Translations under genes and position numbers: made by a program
Shown here: piece by piece, positions 1 through 8,705 of the stretch
Layout: each line of letters opens with the position of its first letter
Numbering within the stretch: position 1 is the first letter of the stretch
Assembly: GCA_045598925.1 (NCBI GenBank)
Contig: JAZRVC010000001.1
Span: 1 to 58,808, forward strand
Direction: 5' to 3'
DNA: 58,808 nucleotides
Origin: Alphaproteobacteria bacterium
Lineage (GTDB): Bacteria; Pseudomonadota; Alphaproteobacteria; CAAHEQ01; UBA3637
Notes under the pieces: model-generated
Seen by the model: the letters and a program-made list of their open reading frames with translations, nothing else
What the model was told of the DNA's origin: nothing
Databases searched by the model: none

Positions 1-345
1 GATGCCACCACAGATGCCCGTGCATTAGTTCCTGCGTTTGTGGGTAAAACATACCTTAATAAGACCATGAACTGGTGGAGTGCGCATAACTGGTGTTTAG
101 CACAAGGTTATACATTGATGTCTGAATCAAGTGCGGGTACATCGGGTTCGGTTGGTTTAAAAGCGCTTGCTTATGCTGTGAATGAAAGTTCTACGAAAGG
201 TGGCGGCGTTTGGTTGGAAGACGCCAGTACAAGTTCAACTACATATTCTTGCTACGTATACTACGTGTACAGTGATGGTAGTGTGTACGTCAGCCCTCGC
301 AACGGCGACGGCGGCGGCAGCTACCGTCCTGTTTGTAGTGGGTAG
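1..345 (+). CDS. C-terminal part of a secreted protein with a C-type-lectin-fold (CTLD/DUF1566-like) domain; the 5' end lies outside the window
   Basis: Frame 1 is open from nt 1, with no stop before the GTG at 40. MNWWSAHNWCLAQGYTLMS aligns with MNWWSANNWCQAQGKHLAS of the 8706..9983 product. VWLED and the terminal Cys fit the CTLD pattern (W-x-x-A-x-x-x-C ... WIGL-like ... C). Confidence 0.6.
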   Translation, partial: DATTDARALVPAFVGKTYLNKTMNWWSAHNWCLAQGYTLMSESSAGTSGSVGLKALAYAVNESSTKGGGVWLEDASTSSTTYSCYVYYVYSDGSVYVSPRNGDGGGSYRPVCSG

Positions 346-352
346 GTTTTCT

Positions 353-428
353 CGCTTTTTCCTGTTGTTTTTTAACATTTTGGACAGGAAAACACCCCTT
401 GGATTCACCACCCAAGGGGTGGCTTTTA
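353..428. repeat. 75-nt double-hairpin module, copy 1; its second hairpin looks like a bidirectional intrinsic terminator
   Basis: Hairpin 1: TTTTCCTGT (357..365) pairs with ACAGGAAAA (384..392). Hairpin 2: CACCCCTTGG (393..402) pairs with CCAAGGGGTG (412..421), flanked by T/A runs. The module is near-identical to 10321..10397, with about 4 differences. Confidence 0.75.
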
Positions 429-437
429 CACTTCCCC

Positions 438-521
438 GTCATTCTGAAGACGACAGCCGAAGAACCCATAGATCCTTCGCGTTCGCTCAGGATGACACAA
501 AGGGGAAAAGCTCAGAATGAC
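438..521. repeat. REP/MITE-like palindromic unit (438..496, 59 nt) plus an orphan right arm (511..521)
   Basis: The unit reads GTCATTCTGAAG...CGAAGAACCC-ATA-GATCCTTCG...CTCAGGATGAC. Outer and inner arms are mutually complementary. It has the same 59-nt architecture as 8751..8809. Confidence 0.7.
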
Positions 522-529
522 GAAAACAG

Positions 530-3500
530 TTATGCTTTTTGAATATCAAAAGTAATAGCGCTGTCGCCCAGTTCTTCCGACTTTTCAAAAGGCTTATCCG
601 ATTCATCAAAACGAATCGCCAAAACCTGATCCATCATATAGGTTTTATGCTCACTTAAGGCTTGTTTGATTTGTTCGGATGTGGTTTGATAAACCAAACT
701 AATTCTATCCGATACATCAAAGTCTTTGTCTTTGCGCATTTGTTGAATCATACGCACAAAGTCGCGGGCAATCCCTTCACGTTCCAATTCCGGACGAATC
801 GTCGTATCCAACTGAACAACCGCTGTATTATCGGATAAAGGTTGTCCGGATAGACCTTCTTTCATCGTCAAACGCAATTCAAATTCATCAGCATTTAAGG
901 TTTGTCCACCGATGGCCAAAGTGCCATCAGCATTTAAAGCCCATTTTCCTTGCTTATTAGCGGCCATAATCGCACCCATGGCTGGGCCCAAGCGTTTACC
1001 AATCAGCGGGGTCTTTAAATACAAGAACTTTGTGGCCACAGATTCCACATCTGTATTTAGGACAATTTCTTTCACATTGACTTCATCTTTCATCATTTCC
1101 ATAAAGTCCGCCAAAGTGTTGGCTTTTTCGCCCGCAATCGTCATTGAGGCCAACGGCAAGCGGTTGCGCAAGTGGTGTTCTTCACGGATTGATTTGGCTG
1201 TGGATGAAATAGAACGGACAAAGTCCATTTGGGCTTTTAATTCTGTTTCGTCTTGAATAGCGCTGACATCCGGCCACAAAGCCAAATGCACGGACTTTTC
1301 ACCCGTGAGCCCCTTATAAATATAATCCGCCATAAAGGGTAAAAGTGGCGCCACAATCTTGGCTGTATCCACCAAGACCGTGTAAAGCGTATCAAAGGCC
1401 GCTTGATCTGTGCCATCCCAGAATCTTTCACGCGACCGACGAATATACCAGTTGTTCAAGATATCCAAGAAAACACCGATTTTTTCGCAAGCCGCCGGCG
1501 TATCATAGGCCAGCATTTCGGCTTTGATTTCATTGGATAAATCTTTTACTTTTGCCAAAATATAACGATCCAACACGTCCGAAGAAGTGTTTGTCATCTT
1601 GGCTTGTACCCCTTCCGCATTCGCATACAAACAGAAGAAGTAATACGCATTCCACAAAGGCATAAGGGCTTGGCGCATGGTCTTGGCCACTTCTTTACCT
1701 TGATAGTCCATACAGACGTTGCCACCATGGACAATCCCCGAAGAAACCAAAAACCAGCGCATAGCATCTGAACCTGATTGATTCAAAATCACATAAGGAT
1801 CGGGGTAGTTGCCCAACTTTTTGGACATCTTAACACCGCCTTCGGCCATGACCAAACCCGTCACCATACAATGCTTAAAGGCGGGTTTATGGTGTAAAGC
1901 CGTCCCTAACACATGCAAAGAATAGAACCAACCGCGTGTTTGGTCTACGCCTTCCACAATGAAATCAGCGGGGAAGTGATTGTCAAACCATTCTTTTTTT
2001 TCAAACGGATAGTGAATTTGGCCTTCGGGCATAGAACCTGATTCAAACCAACAATCAAACACATCCGGCACACGGCGCATCATGGTCTTGCCACTTGGGT
2101 CATCCGGGTTCGGATAGACCACTTCGTCAATCATCGGGCGATGTAAATCTTTGACATCCACACCTGAAGCCGCTTTAATTTCCGCCAAAGACCCAAAAAC
2201 GTCTGTGCGGGGGTAGGCGGGGTTATCTGATTGCCAAACAGGCAAGGGCGCTCCCCAAAAACGACTGCGTGAAATAGACCATTCACGGGCGCCTTCTAAC
2301 CACTTACCAAAGCGACCATCTTTAATATGTTCGGGTGTCCATTCAATCCCTTGGTTGAGTTTAACCAACTCATCACGGAACTTGGGCACATCCACAAACC
2401 AACCACTCATAGCTTTGTAAATCAGCGGCGTATCTGTGCGCCAACAATAAGGATAAGTGTGGGTAATTTGTTCTTTTTTCACCAACAGGCGATTTTCTTT
2501 GAGCCATTCAATTACATCTTCATTGACGTCAAAGACTTGTTTGCCTTGATACATAGGCACTTCGGCGGTAAAACAACCCGCTTCATCCACGGGACACACA
2601 ATCGGAAAGTCAGGATTGTGCGCGCGGCACACATTAAAGTCGTCCGCACCAAAGCCAGGGGCAATATGCACGATACCTGTACCGTCTTCCACAGACACAA
2701 AATCCCCCGCCAACACACGGAAACAGCCCTTATCTTTCAAATTCGCGAAGAAAGGATACATCGGGGTATAACTCATCCCCACAAACTCTTGACCTTTCAT
2801 GGTGCCAACTTGGGTCGCGTTGGTCAGTTGCTTTTCATAGCGTTTTTTCAGGGCTTCAGCCAAAACATACTTTTGCCCGTCTTCTTCCATAATCGCATAA
2901 TCAATATCCGCCCCCACAGCCAACATCAAGTTGCTGGACAATGTCCAAGGGGTAGTGGTCCATACCAACATCTTCATCCCGTTTTCCAAGGTGAACATAA
3001 TGGTGATGGCTGTATCGGTTTTATCACGATAGGCTTGCGCCACTTCAAAGTTAGATACCGTTGTTTGCGCCGCCCATGAATAAGGTTGCACACGGAAATC
3101 TTGATAGACCAGACCTTTATCATAAAGGGCTTTAAAATTATGAATCACCGCTTCCATAAAAGGTAAATCCATGGTGCGGTATTCTTGTGAATCATCAATC
3201 CAACGACCGATTCGGTGAAACAAGTTCTTAAAGACGCCGGAATATTTTAAAACGTCTTGACGACAATAGTTGTTAAAATTCGCAACGCCATATTCTTCAA
3301 TGGCTTTATGTCCCGAAACGCCCAATGCTTTTTCGGCATTCATTTCGGCAGGAAGTCCATGGCAATCCCAACCATAGGGGCGTTCCACTTTTTTACCCAA
3401 CATTGTTTGAAAACGAGCCACCGTGTCTTTGATGTAGGAAACAAAAATATGTCCATAGTGAGGTTGACCGTTAGCAAACGGAGGGCCATCATAAAAAACG

Positions 3501-3640
3501 AATTCATCTCCGTTTTTACGGGCATCTTTTACCACTTCAAAAATTCGTTCATCATCCCAAATCTTTAAAATATTTTCTTCCATTTCGGAAAAGTTCATTT
3601 TTGCGTTCAGTTCGGGATAGAATTTTTGTTTATCAGACAT
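530..3640 (-). CDS. ileS: Isoleucine--tRNA ligase, long type-2 form
   Basis: 1036-aa ORF with the class I HIGH-type motif (PHYGH), a KMSKS loop (KMSKKLGN) and a large CP1 editing insertion. There is no C-terminal Cys zinc knuckle. Confidence 0.95.
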   Translation of the reverse strand: MSDKQKFYPELNAKMNFSEMEENILKIWDDERIFEVVKDARKNGDEFVFYDGPPFANGQPHYGHIFVSYIKDTVARFQTMLGKKVERPYGWDCHGLPAEMNAEKALGVSGHKAIEEYGVANFNNYCRQDVLKYSGVFKNLFHRIGRWIDDSQEYRTMDLPFMEAVIHNFKALYDKGLVYQDFRVQPYSWAAQTTVSNFEVAQAYRDKTDTAITIMFTLENGMKMLVWTTTPWTLSSNLMLAVGADIDYAIMEEDGQKYVLAEALKKRYEKQLTNATQVGTMKGQEFVGMSYTPMYPFFANLKDKGCFRVLAGDFVSVEDGTGIVHIAPGFGADDFNVCRAHNPDFPIVCPVDEAGCFTAEVPMYQGKQVFDVNEDVIEWLKENRLLVKKEQITHTYPYCWRTDTPLIYKAMSGWFVDVPKFRDELVKLNQGIEWTPEHIKDGRFGKWLEGAREWSISRSRFWGAPLPVWQSDNPAYPRTDVFGSLAEIKAASGVDVKDLHRPMIDEVVYPNPDDPSGKTMMRRVPDVFDCWFESGSMPEGQIHYPFEKKEWFDNHFPADFIVEGVDQTRGWFYSLHVLGTALHHKPAFKHCMVTGLVMAEGGVKMSKKLGNYPDPYVILNQSGSDAMRWFLVSSGIVHGGNVCMDYQGKEVAKTMRQALMPLWNAYYFFCLYANAEGVQAKMTNTSSDVLDRYILAKVKDLSNEIKAEMLAYDTPAACEKIGVFLDILNNWYIRRSRERFWDGTDQAAFDTLYTVLVDTAKIVAPLLPFMADYIYKGLTGEKSVHLALWPDVSAIQDETELKAQMDFVRSISSTAKSIREEHHLRNRLPLASMTIAGEKANTLADFMEMMKDEVNVKEIVLNTDVESVATKFLYLKTPLIGKRLGPAMGAIMAANKQGKWALNADGTLAIGGQTLNADEFELRLTMKEGLSGQPLSDNTAVVQLDTTIRPELEREGIARDFVRMIQQMRKDKDFDVSDRISLVYQTTSEQIKQALSEHKTYMMDQVLAIRFDESDKPFEKSEELGDSAITFDIQKA

Positions 3641-3730
3641 TGTTTGTTCCTTTCATAAATAACAATGTCCTTTATTATGCCAAAAAGACCTTTAAAAATC
3701 AAGAAAAAATTGGTGGAAAACCACAGAATT

Positions 3731-4276
3731 TTAAGCCTTTAAAAGCTCAATTTTAACAAATTCAGGATTATGGGTAAGTTTTACAGACATTTTTTTCTCT
3801 TTCAATTGCCCGATAAGCCATTGTGCTTCCAGTGTTTCAACCTCAAAGGATTTGATTGTCTTTCCATTTAAAATATCTTTAATGTTTTCTTTTATTATCA
3901 AGTTATTAGACTTTAAAATTAAAGTATTATTTGAATATAAAATATCCCCACCGCCCGCCACAATTTGGATACCCAGAGCGACTAAAGACAACTCTAAACG
4001 AGTGGCTATTTTACCGGAAAAGGTTATTTCTGTTCCAAAAGTATTTAAAAAGTCATAGACAAGCCCGGAATCAATAGATTTTGTTTCAGCCCCAAACAAA
4101 GCCCGATAAAATTTTAATCGTGCCATCAACATTTGAGTGTTTTTTTTCAGCATTTTGGGGGCTTCTGAAACAAAAGAAGGGTCTATTTCCATCAGTTCGG
4201 CGGTGCTGGAAAGTGCCCCGATTCCTCCGGCTAAATCATGGGAAATTTTAACGGTAATTGCCTCTGAAAAATTCAT
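3731..4276 (-). CDS. ChpT-like histidine phosphotransferase
   Basis: KISHDLAGGIGALSSTAELMEIDP ... RLKFYRALFGAE matches the ChpT pattern (cHDxxxPxxAixxGLELL ... FxRxAFGA), with the putative phospho-His at residue 13. The ATGA overlap with the upstream sucD-like gene indicates translational coupling. Confidence 0.6.
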   Translation of the reverse strand: MNFSEAITVKISHDLAGGIGALSSTAELMEIDPSFVSEAPKMLKKNTQMLMARLKFYRALFGAETKSIDSGLVYDFLNTFGTEITFSGKIATRLELSLVALGIQIVAGGGDILYSNNTLILKSNNLIIKENIKDILNGKTIKSFEVETLEAQWLIGQLKEKKMSVKLTHNPEFVKIELLKA

Positions 4277-5145
4277 TTAGTGCCTCTCTTTATTGTGCAA
4301 CCGATTTTATCCACCGAATCAATACAAACAACACCGGCTTTTTTTAATTCGGCATTTTTTTTGCTGATAACATCCGAAAATAATACAGATTTCATCCCCA
4401 ACAACGGAAATTTATCAGACCGAACCAGCGTTTTTCCGGGAATATAAGAATAAATTTTCTTTTTCGTCCTTATTTTTTTCAGGTAAGAAGCCAAATTATA
4501 TTCCAATTGTCCATGCACTTGTCCGATAATCAAAATACGATTCGTTTTTTTATCTTTTAACAGGGCTTGAACCACAGGAATAAAATCAGTGGCAATCAAG
4601 TGATCTGTGCCCAAAGTAATACATTTAGAAATCCCAATTTTTTTTTCTTTTAATTGTTGAATGGCTTCAAAAACCAACGATCCCGAACGACCAACGATTG
4701 CTGTATCACCCGATTGAAACAGATGAGTGGGCAGGGCGCCCGTTAAAACCTCATCCACAGAAACAATACCGCTGCTGGAAGGTCCCAACAAAATGACACC
4801 ATATTTTTGGGCCTGCCATTTCATTTTTAAGGCATCATGCATGGGCACGTGTTCGGTTGTACAAATAATCAATGGAATTTTTGCTTTTGCGGCAGATACC
4901 ACATCATCCAAAGCGTGTGTCGGTGTGGAAAAAATAACACTGATTTGAGGATGATATTTTTTTATCGCTTGCGAAATATGTGCAAATACGGGAACCCCTA
5001 AAATATTTTTATGACGTGTCTGATTACTAATCCCCGCGACAATATTTGTCCCGTAATCTAATGATTTTTTCAGGTGTAATAAACCTGATTCACTGGTGAT
5101 TCCTTGAATTAAAACAGGTGTTTTTGAATCGGGAAGAATAAACAT
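4273..5145 (-). CDS. Succinyl-CoA synthetase alpha-subunit-like protein lacking the catalytic histidine (probable pseudoenzyme or neofunctionalised paralog)
   Basis: Collinear with SucD: VLIQGITSESG vs ICQGFTGSQG, GRSGSLVFE vs SRSGTLTYE, and a C-terminal AELKKAGV vs AALEAAGV. The MGHAGA phosphohistidine loop reads LGMKSV, and GIGGDP reads TLGTDH. Confidence 0.7.
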   Translation of the reverse strand: MFILPDSKTPVLIQGITSESGLLHLKKSLDYGTNIVAGISNQTRHKNILGVPVFAHISQAIKKYHPQISVIFSTPTHALDDVVSAAKAKIPLIICTTEHVPMHDALKMKWQAQKYGVILLGPSSSGIVSVDEVLTGALPTHLFQSGDTAIVGRSGSLVFEAIQQLKEKKIGISKCITLGTDHLIATDFIPVVQALLKDKKTNRILIIGQVHGQLEYNLASYLKKIRTKKKIYSYIPGKTLVRSDKFPLLGMKSVLFSDVISKKNAELKKAGVVCIDSVDKIGCTIKRGTK

Positions 5146-6284
5146 TACGATTTCTCCTTTAATTCATGTTTTAGTTCATTGACGGCCTTAGACATCTGCG
5201 ACACAATTTTAAAGGGCACCTTGGATAAAGTTAAAAGTTTTCGGCCTTCGTCAGCGTTTAATCCCGCCAGTCTCACAATCACGGGAACCCCCACAGGGAT
5301 TTCCACCGCGGCATCCAAAAGCCCTTGCGCAATAACTTTACAACTGGTGGTTCCACCAAAGATATTCACAAAAATCGCATCTACATTTGGTTCGGCCAAA
5401 GCCAAACGCATGGCAGTTATAATGGATTTGACATTGGGTTCCGTTCCGACATCTAACAAACAGGCCGCTTTTTCCCCGTGGGTTTGTAGTAAATCCACGC
5501 TAGCCCATCCCAGACCAATCCCATTGACTAAACAGGCAATATTGCCATTGAATTTGGTATAACGAAACGCATTTTTTTTCGCTAAAGCCTCGCGTTCATG
5601 ACCTAATTTAATTTCACGACAACGCACTAATTCGGGATAGCGGAATAAAACATCCGGATCAAAAATCAAACGGGCATTTTCAATAATTAAATTATTGCCC
5701 TGACGAATTACAGGATTTAATTCAATCGCCATCATTTCATATTTTTTAAACAGACGATATGTTTTATCCATTAAATTCCAAAAATTTTTATTCAATAAAG
5801 TATTTTTTAAATTTAAAATTTTATTGATGTCTTTTTTGACCTGAGTATCCAAAGTCAAATCTTGAAAAAAGAATGAAAAGATTTCATTTTTATTATTTTG
5901 TATAGACAAAGACAGACCTGATTTTTCAAAATCCACGCGTAAAGCAATAGAACAAAACAGGGGTAATTCCAAGGCCTGTTCTATATAAAGTCTTTGGATA
6001 GTTGTTGAAAATTTTTCATTTCCGTTTTCAAAGGGGAAGCCCAAAATTTCTTTGGCTTTTTGTTCCACTTCCTGCGGGGAATGAGCTAAATATTTTTCGG
6101 TCAACTCTTCATGTCGGTAGGGTTGGAAAGAGGTCATCAGTTGGGGCTTTACCCAAAAAGAATCCCCCTTGATGTCCAAAGCAATTGCACAGGCCTCTTC
6201 GTTGGTATAAGCAACCTTTCCCTTTAATACAGGGAGTCCTGCTTCTTTCAAAATGCTTTTAACATAATATTCGTGTAATTCCAT
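5145..6284 (-). CDS. Succinyl-CoA synthetase beta-subunit-like protein with a degenerate ATP-grasp region
   Basis: MELHEYYVKSILKEAGLPV matches MNLHEYQAKQLFARYGLP. GNIACLVNGIGLGWASVD and VNIFGGTTSCK match the SucC C-terminal domain. The glycine-rich AGGRGKAGGV segment is absent (VKPQLMTSFQPYRHEE). The stop overlaps the sucD-like start (TAATG). Confidence 0.7.
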   Translation of the reverse strand: MELHEYYVKSILKEAGLPVLKGKVAYTNEEACAIALDIKGDSFWVKPQLMTSFQPYRHEELTEKYLAHSPQEVEQKAKEILGFPFENGNEKFSTTIQRLYIEQALELPLFCSIALRVDFEKSGLSLSIQNNKNEIFSFFFQDLTLDTQVKKDINKILNLKNTLLNKNFWNLMDKTYRLFKKYEMMAIELNPVIRQGNNLIIENARLIFDPDVLFRYPELVRCREIKLGHEREALAKKNAFRYTKFNGNIACLVNGIGLGWASVDLLQTHGEKAACLLDVGTEPNVKSIITAMRLALAEPNVDAIFVNIFGGTTSCKVIAQGLLDAAVEIPVGVPVIVRLAGLNADEGRKLLTLSKVPFKIVSQMSKAVNELKHELKEKS

Positions 6285-6336
6285 TTTCCCCTCTTTTTTA
6301 GGGTTATATTAGCGAATACCCAAGAAACTGTCAAGA

Positions 6337-7200
6337 TTATTTTTTACCGATTTCCTTCAATCGTTGCCATAAAGATTTTGCCACTTCTTTTTTAATTAAA
6401 GGAAGTAAAAAAGTATTCAACTCTTTTTCCAATTCTGCCATATCTGTGTAGGTTTTAATTTTTCCGTTTTTAATCAAAGACACGGCACCTGTTTCTTCCG
6501 ACACGACCAGGCATAAAGCATCCACGTTTTCGGTAAGTCCGATTGCCGCCCGATGACGCGTCCCGTAATGCCAAGTAAGAGAAAGATCCTTTGACAAAGG
6601 CAGAATCAATCCGGCCGAAATAATGCGTCCGTTTTTAATCAACACAGCTCCGTCATGCAAAGGGGTATTGATGAAAAATAAATTGATTAAAAGTTCCGAA
6701 GAGAGCAGGGCGTCCAAGCGAAATCCCGCGTGCGTCACACTGGCCACAGGTTCTTGATTTTCAAAGACCAAGAGGGCCCCCGTTTTTGTCTTACGCCAAT
6801 AGGCAATTGCGGGAATCAGAATATCAATTAAATTTGCTTTGATTTTCTTTTTTTGGGGTTGGGTTAAAGACACATTATTTCCCAAGCGGGTCATCAAACG
6901 GCGCAATTCGGGTTGGAACAACACAACGCCGGACAGAATCAATAAAAGAATTAAATTCCTGATCATCGCGCTTAAAATCCGCAAGTGAATCAATGAGCAA
7001 CATTCCGCCACAATCCACAAAGAGAAGAGGAAAATAACAATGCCTTTAACTGTTTTTTCGGCGGGCGAATCTTTAATAATTTTAGTATAAAAGAACAGCA
7101 CGCAGCCGATTACAATCGTCATTTGTCCCAAAAAACTAGCCCAAGACAAACCTGTATCGCCAAAAAAGTTTTGTAAATATTGTCGTAAAGAATCAATCAT
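6337..7200 (-). CDS. cdaA: Membrane-anchored diadenylate cyclase (CdaA/DacA type, DisA_N domain)
   Basis: Three N-terminal hydrophobic helices are followed by PLHDGAVLIKNGRIISAG, GTRHRAAIGLTE and VVSEETGAVSL, the hallmark DisA_N motifs. Confidence 0.85.
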   Translation of the reverse strand: MIDSLRQYLQNFFGDTGLSWASFLGQMTIVIGCVLFFYTKIIKDSPAEKTVKGIVIFLFSLWIVAECCSLIHLRILSAMIRNLILLLILSGVVLFQPELRRLMTRLGNNVSLTQPQKKKIKANLIDILIPAIAYWRKTKTGALLVFENQEPVASVTHAGFRLDALLSSELLINLFFINTPLHDGAVLIKNGRIISAGLILPLSKDLSLTWHYGTRHRAAIGLTENVDALCLVVSEETGAVSLIKNGKIKTYTDMAELEKELNTFLLPLIKKEVAKSLWQRLKEIGKK

Positions 7201-7253
7201 GTTCTTCTCCTTTTTTTAAAAGGCTAGCGAAAAAAAATTTCTCTGTCAAGTAA

Positions 7254-8411
<1,158 letters not shown>

Positions 8412-8440
8412 GTTCAATCGTCTTCTATGTTAAAAGGGAA

Positions 8441-8467
8441 ACACCCCCACTTCGGGGGTGTTTTTTT
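8441..8467 (+). terminator. Rho-independent terminator of gap
   Basis: ACACCCCC (8441..8448) pairs with GGGGGTGT (8454..8461), followed by T7. Confidence 0.8.
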
Positions 8468-8471
8468 GTGC

Positions 8472-8500
8472 TTGAATTTTAAATTATTTTTTGCTAGGGT
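8472..8500 (+). promoter_or_regulatory. Candidate sigma70 promoter driving the structured element and the pilin-lectin gene
   Basis: TTGAAT (8472..8477), a 17-nt spacer, then TAGGGT (8495..8500). Confidence 0.4.
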
Positions 8501-8506
8501 GAAATT

Positions 8507-8688
8507 GCTTGCGGTGATTCCGCAGGTGGAGGCCTAGAAATCCTTCATTAATAGCGTCAAGAGACGAAAAATTCCAATCCGCACGGGTTGGATGGTTGCA
8601 AAATACCGGTATTTTTATACTCCAATATGCAGCGCTATTCTATTAATAGTTTTCTAGCTCCAACCGCTGCTCATCACAGCGTTTTTTT
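8507..8688 (+). ncRNA. Candidate structured RNA of about 180 nt: either a cis-acting leader/attenuator of the downstream gene or an independent sRNA (6S-like is one possibility)
   Basis: Long-range pairing is visible: 8527..8531 with 8658..8662, 8534..8540 with 8651..8657, and 8550..8556 with 8633..8639. There is an apical hairpin at 8574..8591 with a GCAC loop and a 14-nt palindrome at 8601..8614. An intrinsic terminator (CGCTG 8665..8669 pairing CAGCG 8677..8681, then T7) ends 8 nt before the GGAG of the next gene. Confidence 0.35.
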
Positions 8689-8705
8689 AGCAAAATGGAG
8701 TAAAA

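Noticed and set aside
182-520. 112-aa ORF on the + strand overlapping the end of the first gene and the repeat region. Similar ORFs lie at 10037..10279 and 10349..10564, and share the peptide FFNILDRKTPLGFTTQGV.
   Set aside because: The shared peptide is simply the translation of the duplicated 75-nt hairpin module, and the rest is translated REP units. There is no Shine-Dalgarno sequence and no coding logic.
2327-3079. 250-aa ORF antisense to ileS, plus other long antisense ORFs (912..1256, 3257..3568, 5179..5562, 7916..8245, 8687..9199, 15754..16170, 38279..38713, 50828..51151, 57326..57682, 57893..58267 and others).
   Set aside because: These are shadow ORFs inside well-supported genes on the opposite strand. 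Their compositions are His/Arg/Phe-rich and typical of antisense frames, and they have no ribosome-binding sites.
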